A DNA stretch of 64,000 nucleotides from Dipteris shenzhenensis (Eukaryota), in assembly GCA_047967505.1 (NCBI GenBank), contig CM106538.1. The stretch is one strand, 5' to 3'. The position numbers and the translations under genes were made by a program. Below are positions 50,830 to 62,442 of the stretch, piece after piece (position 1 is the stretch's first letter; each line of letters opens with the position of its first letter). A model generated the notes under the pieces. It was not told the DNA's origin. It searched no databases and saw only the letters and a list, made by a program, of their open reading frames with translations.

Positions 50830-51500
50830 AGTGCTAAACAAAGAAAAAAGTATAATAATACAAGACATTATGTTGGAAAAAAGAAAAGATAGCAATAACC
50901 AATACATTATTCTTTTGTCCAAAAATGCAAGAACAAGCAAGACTTACACTCTACATGTGATAGTACAAGCGTCATGACGACATTACTCCCATAAAGCCAA
51001 CACAAACGTTGAACTCCCCCGAGTACTTCTACTAGCATACACAAGTAAAGCAACTTTCAACATTGGTGGAACAACAATTCACTCTACATTGCACCTACCT
51101 CTTCTCATGTCCAACTACACATGCCTTTCAACAACGGTCACATTGCAATATGTTTCAATGCTATATCAAAACCTAGAATTAATAGTTCTCGATGAAATTT
51201 AACTGATTGGATTAAACACCTTCATTGTCATTGACATGCGCATGAGAGAAATTAGGCATAACCACTCAAAACCATATGGAGGGATCGATGTGCTCTTGTG
51301 TGGAGATCTTTGCCAAGGAAGCCCGACAAAGGATAGCTGGATTTTCTCTCAAAAAAACACATCCTTTGCAATAATGCCATCCATATGGCGAGAAAACGTC
51401 TTGTACTATGAATTGATTCAACCAATGAGGCAGAACACCATACCGTACATTGACATGATCAATAAAATAAGATTAGGATAGCAAACAAAAGTAGACCTCC
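50830..51500 (+). mobile_element. Second, diverged PIF1-type helicase fragment of a related Helitron2 family
   Basis: LNKEK..IIQDIML, RTSKTYTL, LAYTSKATFNIGGTTIHSTLHLP, VLDEI*LIG, KPYGGIDVLLCGDLCQ and YYELIQPMRQ; collinear with 47535-48200. Confidence 0.85.
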
Positions 51501-51769
51501 TTCACGGAAACATAATGAACAGATCTCTCAATTACAGGTTGAATTGGATGATCACATCAGAGATGTTGGGAGATGTACCAACTCCAACATGGACCTACAA
51601 GCTCAGTTCTTACCTTCCTTATTCTCTATCAAAGATGAACCTGCAAGCTGACTGTACACTTTTCCCTTCTGCCTAGGAGTTATCTCGATGCTGTCATGTC
51701 ACTATGGGAAGCAGATTTTGGCCTTTTTCCTCTAAGCAGGAAGTATTTTGCTTACATGCTAGTTAATAT

Positions 51770-54700
51770 CATGGTTGTTAAGACACTCGTGTCTTATGGT
51801 AAGACACTTAAGACACTTAAGACACGTGTCTTACCTTAAGACACGTTTAGACACGCTCCAAATTTTTTTTATAAAATTAAAAAAACCCTACGTTTTGGAC
51901 AATGGAACCTTAGACTTTGCATTTTCGTTTCGCCGTACAAGCCGTCCGGTTCCGTACGCTGTTTCGCCTCTCCCGCTGCAGCAAACTTCACGTACGCTGA
52001 CGATTTGCCGTACAAACTTCACGTACGTACCGTACGGACTCGAGTCTCGACGTACACACGTGACACCCCGTACAAATCCGCCGTACATCGTACGGATCCG
52101 CCGTACACTGTACGGATCCGCCGTACACTGTACGGATTTACTGTAGTCTCAGGTCTGTACGTTACCTTCTGCACCTGCTGGTTTCGGTGACGACCATCGA
52201 CGTTGGAGGCTGGAGCTCAGCCTGCCTTCAGGTTCACATTGTACACACTGCATCGTTTTCTTCAGCCTTCTTTTAGCTTGTTATATAGTGCTGGCTCCAC
52301 TCTGCATCTTGCTTTCTCCTTTCCCAAAAAATTGGGCCAATTATGGGCTGATTCCTGAATCCTGAAATCCCTAAGAAAGTTGGCCCTCTTCTGGGTTTGT
52401 TTCATATAAGAGCCTGCTAGAATAACAGTAAATTTAAAGGGGGCAAAGTATGGGCTGAAAGCCCTAATTAATTTGGCCTCCTTAGGGCTGCATAGATGAT
52501 AGCACCTTATGCATTAGACTTGTCACTGCTTAATGCTTGAGCCTTCAAGCTTCTATTGCAGCTTGCTTCAAGCTTGGCATGTGCATTTCTCAACACAATT
52601 AGTCTATAGATTGCAGTTCACTTGCTTGTTCTACTTCTCCCAAAATTTATATTGAATTATGCTCGTGTGCATGCCAACATGACAGGTCGCAGGTCATAGC
52701 AGCAGAGAATTACAGCATAGCAACAGAGAATTACAGCATAGCAGGCTGCAGCAGAGATTTACCATGCCTAAACCTCCAAATCCACTTTGGGGGATCCATA
52801 CCACTATGATTAACCCCGCTGTGGCAACGGGGTCAGGAAACAAAGAGTGGAAATGCAATTATTGTGGTGAGCCTTTTGTGAGCTCAGCGACACGTCTTAT
52901 TCTCCATGTGTCTGGACTTGGTGGTAGGGGAATTGGTGGATGTACTTCTGTTCCTTTTGAGATTGCGCAGAAAGTTATCAGAGATCATCCAAAACTTTGT
53001 GGTGGACCTAGTACCATGCCTGCTGCCTTGCAAGATGAGGATTTGTTGGGGCCTGAGTCTCACACTATCAACCTTGATGATGCTATGGATAGTGACTCTA
53101 GTGCTATTGGTTCCTCTCATGCAAAGAAGAGGGCCAGGAAAGAGGGCATTGCTTTTGCTACATCCTCACAACCATCCACCACTATGGCTACTTCGAAAAA
53201 GCACCAGGGGACTTTATCAGGTGCATTGTCCACACAGTCTTGGCAAAAAGAGCGGCAGCATTTGGCAGATATTGAAATTGGGAGGACTGTGATTGAATGC
53301 AATTTTGCTTTCAATGTCCTACAAACACCACAGTGGAAGAGGATGATCAAGGCAGTGGCAGCTGTGGGAGCTACAGATACATGGACAGGTGTGACATATG
53401 GTGCGATGAGGACATCTGTGTTGGAGGAGGAGATAGGCAGAATTAACAAAGCTCTTGATCCTATCAAGGAGGGATGGAAGAAATTTGGTTGCAGCATTCT
53501 GTCTGATGGTTGGAGTGATGTTAGGAGGAGGGGCATCATTAATATATTGGTATCCTCATGCCTTGGTACGTACTTTTTGAAAGCTGTTGATACAGGTCGA
53601 GGAGGTGCTAGCACTACAGGTGAAGTCATTTTTCAGCATATCCGAGCAGCTATCATTGAGATAGGGCCTGAGAATGTGGTCCAAGTTGTTACAGACAATG
53701 CAAGTAATTGTGTGAGGATGGGAGAGCTTGTGGAGGCAGAGTTTCCTTCCATTGTATGGACTCCTTGTGCTTCACATTGCCTAGACCTTCTCATGGAGGA
53801 CATCGGTCGGCTCCCTTGGATTGCTAGTGTGATGCAGACTGCTAGTACCATTGCAGCCTTCTTTAAGAAGAAGCCCAAGGCCTTGGCCATATTCAGGGAG
53901 CATAGCAACTTGGAAATTGTCCGGCCATCGAAGACACGCTTTGCATACATGCACATTGTTTTGGAGCGCCTTCTTGCAGTGCATGCAGCTCTTCGACAGA
54001 CAGTGGTGTCTCGGATGTGGTTAGAGTGGCCTGACTCTACCAGGGCAGAGAGCATGACGGTACAGAGGATGTGCTTGGATCACTCACTTTGGACTGACAT
54101 GGAGTCCATAGTGAAAGCTCTCCATCCTTTATTCGCTGTCTTGCGGGTGACTGATATGGAGGGAAGTACTCTTGGCTTGGTCCATCATTTCATGGAGCAG
54201 TTGCGTGTTTCGCTGAGTACATGTAGCTCCCTCGCACCTGAGAGGTAAGGTTGGTCTATGTCCATTATATTAATAAGTAATGAATCATCACTTATCATAA
54301 ATCCATTATCAGTGACAAGTGTTTATTATAATTTACAAATTATGTTGATATGTAGATTGGAAGAAATAAGGTCTCTAGTGGATACGAGATGGCAGTTCAT
54401 GTGTAGGCCCATCCATGGACTTGCAACACTTTTGCATCCACTGTTTAAGTCAGCTGATTTATTCAATAAGCCAGAGTTATTGGCGGATAGAGATGCCTAC
54501 ATAGGGAGGGTTTTTTCAGAGGATGAGCAATTGGAGCTGGACTTGGAGCTTTCTCAGTATCAGAATAGTGTGGGTGCTTCCTTCTCTAGACCCACGTCTA
54601 GAAGGAAAGAGATTTGTGTGAAGCCAATTGAGTGGTGGGAGACATATGGCTACTCCACTCCTCGAGTGCGGAAGTTGGCTCTCCGGATTTTATCTCAGGT

Positions 54701-56067
54701 GAGAGCTGAGACATATATCTTTGAAGTTTGGCATTTGCTATTCCTGGTTAGGTAAAGTTTAAACTGTAAATGTAGATGATGAGTGATCTTGATTCTCACT
54801 CCTTTAATCTCGATTTGTAAATACTAAATGCCAATCGGGATTTGGAACCAAATGGCAAAAGGAATGTGCAGCAGGAGCATGCGAGAGGAACTGGAGCTCC
54901 TACTCTTTGATCCATACGAAAATAAGGAACAAGTTAAGCACAAGGCAACTCGAGCGCTTAGTATACTGCCGTGCAAACTTGAGGCTTATAAGAAAGCTTA
55001 AAAACTTGGCAGGTCCAATGCAGGTAACATTGGTAGCTACTAGCTTGAGTCTATTGTAACATGTTCACAGTTCTATCATCTATGATTTCGATTTTAAATA
55101 TATCTAGGAAATTGAAATCATAACAATGAACATTGAACATAATAACATATGCTTCATTGCTTCTAAATGTTGTTGCAGGTGGATCCTACAACCATTGACA
55201 TAACCGAGTTGCCTACTTATGCTAGAGTTGAAGCTGATGAGGAGGAGATATATGCACAGCTACATAGAGAGCTAGAGACCATAGATAGACGAGTCACTCG
55301 TTCACGTCGTAGATCAGCAGCATCAGCCATTGCTATTCCAGCACAGAGGGACACATCAGAGGGCAGGGGCAGAGGCAGAGGCAGAGTCAGAGGCAGGAGT
55401 GGTGGAAGAGGAGCACGAGGTCGTGGTTGTGCCATCCGACGTGGCCATGGGAGAGCCGTGGCTATGGCCAGTACCTCGTCAGATACTCCTATGCGGTCTG
55501 CCTTGGACGAGGAGGAGGGGGAGGATGAGGAGGAGGAGGAGGAGGATGAGGTGCCCGAGGAGCCACAGTATGATAGTGAGGGTAACACTATCACTGATGG
55601 TGACTTTGGATCCAGCAGTGGCACTGACCTAGCAGATTCAGAGTCCAGACTAGGATGAGTCTTGAGAGACTTGACTCTTGACTCAGATTCAGACTAGGAT
55701 GAGTCTTGAGATTCAAAAGTTTTCCATTCAGTTATATGTATGAGGATTCAGATTTCATTCAAATTTCATGTGGCATTGGCCGAGTTATTTATGACATATG
55801 TTTAAACTTTATTGAAGACTATGATGATTGACTCTTAACTACATTGTACTTCTAAAATGTTAAAACTTAAAACTAGCAGCTAGTCATGCAGCATGCTACA
55901 TTGCTACCAAGTTGTACTTATACATACTTATATTTTTAAATTTAATATTTATTTAATATTCTTATAACTGGAAAACGTGTCTTACGTGTCTTATCTTTAA
56001 GACACTTTAGACACTCGTGTCTAAAGCGTGTCTAACGTGTCGTGTCTTAACGTGTCTTACAACTATG
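51770..56067 (+). mobile_element. Full-length hAT DNA transposon (4298 bp) with TIRs and subterminal AAGACAC/GTGTCT and CCGTAC repeats
   Basis: 5' end CATGGTTGTTAAGACAC versus 3' end GTGTCTTACAACTATG (reverse complement CATAGTTGTAAGACAC). Right flank CTAGTTAT, left flank CTAGTTAATAT (8-bp TSD with 3 extra bases on the left). Confidence 0.92.
52764..55658 (+). CDS. hAT transposase (BED zinc finger, DUF659, hAT dimerisation domain), about 821 aa; exons 52764-54244, 54356-54698, 54862-55023, 55179-55658
   Basis: In-frame GT-AG splicing (1481+343+162+480 = 2466 nt). Motifs WKCNYC, SILSDGWSD, VVQVVTDNASN, WTPCASHCLDLL, TRFA, WWETYG..TP.VRKLALRILSQ and CERNWS; RG-rich and acidic tail. Confidence 0.9.
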
Positions 56068-56099
56068 CTAGTTATTGCTCTCTAGAGAGGGGTCTTTTG

Positions 56100-56877
56100 T
56101 ACATATGGAACTTATGTGCACAAAGCTTATGATCATAATATAATCAGACTCTTATTTGCCCAAAAAAAAAAGAATAGGGGCTCCCACGAGGCATCATGGG
56201 TCGAAGACAACTTTTTCTGCAGATTATTCCCCACCTCCCTTCAGCATATAAAGAGGCTTTTCACCTACACTACTTCTAATCTCAGCAGAAGGGGATGTCA
56301 TGGGCATCCACAGCGCCTGGCAACCTGCGACTGCCGTGACAGTGCCACATGGCAATATCAGGTGCAGTGCCAGACAACCGCCACGTGGCAGGGTCAGTTG
56401 ACAGACAAACCTGACGCTGGGTCGGGATAGACAGGGGCTCCGGACGGTTCCTAGCCTGGTCTGGTGTGTTTCAGAACCCTTGGGGGCCTATAAAGGCAGC
56501 CCTTGGGGGCTCTCATTCCATCCACATCAGAGGCTGGAGTTGGGCAGTTCTCCCCTCAGCTAGCAACAACAGATCATTGCAGATCAGGCTGGGACAGGGC
56601 AGCAGCAGATCAGCTCCCACCTACAGCTCTATAGTCAAGTCCATGCATCAATGCCTGACAACAGCAATAGGGCGGCTTCATCACAGCCCCTTTTCTCCAT
56701 CAGCTCACAGTCTTCTACGTGAGGGATCAGTTTCCTCCATACAATACTTTCTCCATTCTTTTGCTTCCATACAGTACTTATTTCTCCATTCATTTAGTTG
56801 TACTCAGCCCTTTGGGAAACCAGAAAGACATATTTTTCCGCTTCGGAGGCCCCCTATATTCCTCCTCAATTCTTACA
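56100..56877 (+). mobile_element. Probable Gypsy 3' end: chromodomain-like remnant, purine tract and LTR (56296-56877)
   Basis: KNRGSHEASWVEDNFFCRLFP; GAAGGGGA then TGTCA...CTTACA; CCTATAAAGG at about 56487; no TSD seen. Confidence 0.5.
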
Positions 56878-57454
56878 CTCACCCCACCACTTCCACGTAG
56901 GTTTATGACTCAATTATATATACCTTTGTAAGACTAGAATAAGTCCAATCATATTGTTGTTCTAAAGATCAAAAATCTACACAGAAAATAAAAGAGAATA
57001 TGAAAGAGAAGAAAAAAGAGGTAAACAAAAACTTTTATGAAAAACAAAAGGAAGACATACTTAGCAAGCAAAGCAACACTTATGTCGTCATCAGTGCCCA
57101 AGCATACACAACTATATTGGGTTTCTAAAGACCCGCGGAGTCTCTTGGGCAAACCCAGTGCTTACTAAAATACGTCAAATAAACAAAAGAGAAAGAAAAC
57201 AAGAAAAAAAGAAGAAAGGAAGCAAGTGACTAAGCAAAAATAAACAAGCAAGTCAAGAAACAAAATCTTCCAAAAAACTGGAATATCGCTCTCTCTCTCT
57301 CTCTCACGCTCACTCTCACTCTCACTCTCACTCTTATTTAAAACATAAAAAGCTAAATAGTCCTTTACACTTATGTATCGTTTCCTATAAAGAGGCAAAA
57401 ATACATTTCTAACTTAGAAAGCACACGCATACTCAAACAAACTCTCTTTTGAAA

Positions 57455-58170
57455 CTAAAAGAAAAATGGGCTATTCAGCTCCCCGCTTTTTGTTTTCAGC
57501 TTATGTTCAATCATTCTAAACATACCTAAGGCCGATACACCATAGATAAAAGACTTCATATCTAAGATTGTGCGTACTTTTTTCATTATTTTCCTTGGAT
57601 TATACCTCTTGTGTAATAGTTAAGTGATCAAATTACTACATTGAGTGATAAAAGACTCCTTAGTTGTACAAAGGCGGGAAAATCTATGGAATTGGGAAGA
57701 AATGACTCCATATTTTGCCAAATCAAAAATGTTTGAGTCAATGTGAGGCATTTTTATAATGTGTAAACCACTATATTCAGGTTGTTCACGTTTATCGTAT
57801 ATATCAACCTCTAATCCTATGGTAGATTGAGAAATTCTAAGATCTAAGAAAACACAAGAATCCCCTCTTGAAGTGCAGTTCAGTTCACAAGAGTCACGAG
57901 ATAGATTCCTTTTCCAAAAGCACTAGCGTCTTTGTACATAAAGTCTTGAAAGTTAGGAACATCTCGTACAAATAAATCATTTATAAAACACCTAACTTGG
58001 CTTAGAAATAAATCATCTATAAAACACCTAACTTGGCTAAGCTTACGTAAAATGATAGGGCAAGTATTGATAGAAATAAGACATTGCATAAACTCAAATT
58101 CATAAGTGAAAAGATAAAAGTTTGCTAAAAAGACGGCACAATTAGTGCCCATGGGGATTCCTATAATTCC
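57455..58170 (-). mobile_element. Penelope-like element reverse transcriptase remnant (C-terminal RT and thumb, no downstream GIY-YIG)
   Basis: GIPMGTNCAVFLANFYLFTYE; RCFIDDLF; GIY/P; after one frameshift CVFLDLRI...VDIYDKRE...MPHIDSNIFDLAKYGVISSQFHRFSRLC..KESF...L..KRYNP, with one internal stop; the frame ends at about 57455. Confidence 0.85.
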
Positions 58171-58258
58171 TTCTCTCAATTATATCTCTACTTCAGTCAG
58201 CAGTTTGTAGGAGAGAGAGTAAGCCAGTCTTCTCCCTAGTACATCTCTTCTTCATCAT

Positions 58259-59007
58259 TGTTGGCAAAAACCTCATGGAGGGCTAGTGGAAACCTTTGGT
58301 ATACAACACATATTTTTATGGTAACTTGTGATTGGTGTTTGAGAGAGTAATGCTTGTGATTGAACGAAATATGAGGCTCGTGAAGTATTGACAAGATCCC
58401 AGCATGTGGTGGATTCATGTGGCAATTATCGGTTCTCTAGTGCATGAGCAACTAATCTTTGGTACATGGCGCTACCATGTGGCTCCAACGTGGACAACCA
58501 ACCAATGAAGCAAATCTCTGAGGTGGTCTGACGCATCAATGATATATGGGTTCTGCGCTTCTAGCTCACTCTCTTTGTCCAGTGCTTAGATGATTGTTCC
58601 TCCTCTCTGTATTTGTTGGACTCTTCCATTAGAGTCGGCCCTCTTAGTGTGATACTAAATTGTTTTGGTACTATAATGAAGGTATGTATGCGTGTGTGTG
58701 TGTGTGTGTGTGTGAATTCATTCACTTTATCACGTAGTACACCGTCCAACTGCTTGATAGGGTCGGTAGCTGAGACTTTGAGTCTTCTGAGTCTTTTGTA
58801 AAGACTACAAATCTAAAGTAGGGGTGCGGCTGTTGGTCTAGGGTCTTTAGTCCATGACAATACAGTGTCAAATATCCCTGATTCTTTTTGTTTCTTGTGA
58901 TATTTTATAGTGATTGTTTCGAGCTGAGAGAATTGCATACTTTAAGTTCAAATTCTCAGTGGTAACATACGTTGTATGCTCCAAATTCCAACATATGGTA
59001 TCAGAGC
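58259..59007 (+). mobile_element. LTR (58259-58993, TGTTGG...CCAACA) followed by tRNA-Met PBS TGGTATCAGAGC (58996-59007)
   Basis: 6-bp terminal inverted repeat, canonical PBS two bases downstream, internal (GT)n tract. Confidence 0.78.
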
Positions 59008-60563
59008 GGTTGGTAATAGTGGACTTGAGAGACTTTGAAGAGAGCACTCGGTGAGGTGTTGAGGATTAGTTTGAGCGTGAGGTTTTAAAAATCTTTCGAA
59101 AGTCTAGAAGAGAGTTTGTCCAAGTTTTAAGTAGGAATCGAAGGAGAAATCTGCAGATTGTGAAAAGTTTGTCTTGCATCACCAAATCGGCGTGACTACA
59201 GGGGATTCATGAATCGATTTTCAGCAAACAAGGGAGAAAGAAGCGGTAATTATCATGCAGCAGTGAATCAGAGTGACACAGGAAAGTCATACGTTTCAAA
59301 TGTTACTCTCTGGCCCTTATTATGATATCAAAGGTATGGTAGCTTGCCTGATGGCAGTGTATTTTGTTGCAATTGCAGGCGAGAATTCAAATTATGATTG
59401 GGCATTTTCACTTCCATTACATCTACATTTTTTTCTCCTGGTCTGACCCTTAGTGGGTGGCTGGTTTTAGTTATTGGACTTGGCCCCTTGCTGGGTGGAT
59501 CGTCAACTTCTTGCAGGTGCTTTCTGGTATGTAGACTTCCTTCAATTTTGAGTCTGCAGACAGTTTGGAGATCTTTGGAGCAGCTTGACTCTATTGCAAA
59601 AGACACCTGGACATTTTTAAGACTTTATGGTGCATCATGAGGCTGTTCTGGCTTTTCGCAGGCGTTCAGCTCTTTTTGGTGATTTGGCTCTAGTATATTG
59701 CCTTGGGAAAAGAGGGCCCTCCTAGTCTATCTCTGGCAGCCCACATGAGTCCAGCCTAGTTGTTTGACTCAGTCTAGATAGGTGATTATTTGGAATGAGA
59801 CATCTGTGTGGAGGGTCTGTTGGAGTCATGTACGAGTACCAGCAGTTGGATTGTTGTACCATTTGACCCAGTGTATCAGTACCATATACCTAGATGAATC
59901 CAGGAACATAGTGCAGTTTCAATCTCATGAGAGTCACTCATAAGATTGAGAACCATAAACTCCATCATGCATAGCAGGGACTAGCTACTATGACATCCCC
60001 ACTGACGTCATCAGCGCCCAACAGTGGGTGTAGACCATAGTATAAAAGTATGCTCTCACACATACAAATCCACACACCCACACATACTTGAGCATCCATT
60101 TATACAAAGTCTTCGTACTGAGTTTCTGTCGGCACTCCGGAGGTGAAGGGCAAACTCAGCCATGACGAAGGCTAGCACTGAAGGAGAAGGCTAATCAAAA
60201 GGTAGTCCAAATCTCTTCGTTCAAGCTCCAACTGCTTGTGAAGTCTAAACGATTTCGTTTTAGTCTCTCCCAAACGAGCATCTAAATCTAAATCTAGCTG
60301 GTAGGGCAACGCACCATTTAAGATAGAAAGAATTATTGCAATACCAACAGACCAGAGGAGTATACCTAGCACCTGTGGCCTGGAAGCAACTGTTCCAGGT
60401 TTCCAGTGATCGTGCTGAGGCGGTTCGAGCCACGAGGGGACTTCTTCGACAATACATGTGGCGGTCTTCAGCGGTGGATCATCACACGATGGATTCCTCT
60501 AGTTGTTCCAGCAGCACACCCAGCTCCCTGACGTTTCTATTCCATCCAGGAGCTGAGAGGGGG

Positions 60564-61441
60564 TGTCAGAGGTCCACTTCTCCTGATGTCACCTAGAGAG
60601 AGGGCCTTGTTTGTGGGTGTGCCCGCCCAGTGAGTGAGGCTAGGGTAGATGAGTGAGGACCGATGTGGATGTGCCCCCACCCCTCTTGTGAGGCTTAGGT
60701 AGAGTAGGGTTGGCAAGACACCCAATGCTGGAGGGGTTGCTGCCCAAGTGCGGGGCTGTTCAGGGCCTTCTTGAGGCATGCTGTGCTGCCGCATGGCAGC
60801 CCCTTCTGAGGCGCCTAGGGAGTCCGCTCCCTGATGAGCTGGTCAGCCATGGGGGACGGCAGGGGGCCCTCTAGGGACGTGGCAGTCGGCCCTTTCTGGG
60901 AGGGCTGCAGCTCATACAAGGGCCTTGTGCAGCCCTAGTTATAAACCTGGGGGTCGGCCCCCTAGAGGCCTCCAATCGGCTGGTTCCAGGCAGGTGGGTC
61001 GGCCTCTATGCAGGCTGGTCGTCCAGCCTGCTGTACCCGATTAGGGAGGGGCTGGGGGGCTATATATAGGGCCCCCCTCAGCCCTCTTTGCATCATGTTC
61101 TGAGCTGGAGCAGTTCTTCCAGTAGTGCATCTTGTGGAGCAGATCATCATCTCTTGGAGGGCCTGGCAGAGGAGCAGAGCCAGCCCTCTTGTGCATCTGA
61201 GGAGCAGGGTAGTGGAGCAGTTCATCCACTCCCTAGTGCTCCATTCACTTGGTTGTTGAGCTGTGTGTTCCGAGCTCTCAAGCAACCCGTTGTTTCCGTG
61301 GTTTTCGCCAAGGGTTTTCTTCAGAGATCACTTGCAGTTCTCCTGTGCCTCTCTCTCCTTTCTCTCCTTCTCAGTGTGGGTGTGTGAGGCATGCTATCTC
61401 TCTCTCTCTCTCTTCTGTTCATTTCTGCTGCACTTCTCACA
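60564..61441 (+). mobile_element. Probable 3' LTR of a Gypsy element, preceded by PPT GAGAGGGGG
   Basis: The purine tract directly precedes TGTCAGAG; the GC-rich block ends in TCTCACA; CTATATATAG at about 61060; decayed chromodomain-like coding lies upstream. Confidence 0.6.
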
Positions 61442-62442
61442 TATAGTTGGGACAAGACTATAATTCGTGCTCTCCATGTTGTACAAAACCTGGTAAACAT
61501 TGATGATCTTAACCTTGGTTTTACCTAACTGCTTCAAATCTCTCAGATTACAAAAATTCTTCAGGACTTGCAAATGCTGTGGAATGCCATCAACAAAGGA
61601 TGACATGCAGATAACATTTGCCAGTGTATAGCAAACTTCACACCACTATGTATGTCAAAAGTAACCCCAAGCATAGTTTTAACTTGAAAACACCGGATCC
61701 GTCAAAAATACAGAGCCTGACAGCAAAAGAGTTCAAAATAAACTACTAGAGGGAGCCACCGTACAATCTACAATAGTGTATGAACACAACTGATTAAAGA
61801 TTCTGATGACTGACCTGCAAAGGCCTCTAGGACCTCTCTGTGGTGATAGGAAACCCTCAAATAATTCAATTCGTGCGGCCAGAACAGGTAGAAGAGGCTG
61901 ACAGCGAAGGATTTGAAAGAAGCAGAACGTGAGCCTTGAGTTCAAATTACGATGCTGCTATGCTATATCACAACAGAATTGATAGATGCTTTCAATACCT
62001 CACCTACAAGGCCTTTGTGTCTGCAGAGGACCTCCTCTGTTGAGTGATTGGAAAAATTTGCCCACCACACAGCTGATCATGAAGTGTACATTATAAAACA
62101 TAGTAAGTAATAAACAATTAGACTCCGCATTCAAGTAGCAGCAGATGCTTGAATCCATGCAGAAGTATATAGCAGACAAAATATTCAAATATGCAGCAAT
62201 GGCATGGTAGCAGAATATATACCTCGTAAGCAAGTAACATGCCCATGCCACTCCCCGCAACTCTCATGCACCTATCAATACTCTCCACACTTCCCCTCCA
62301 CCGAAGGGATTTTTTTAATGACAATCTAACACTTGCCAACGTAATGATTGTCATATTGTACCATAGAAGAAGTAAAGGACATCTGTGCTATACATATGGT
62401 ATTTTTGGATCTGCTCGTGGTCCAAAAGCTTACTGTAACTCA

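Noticed and set aside
53117-54055. Minus-strand ORFs of 140-170 aa
   Set aside because: Antisense to the hAT transposase exon, with no independent coding signal.
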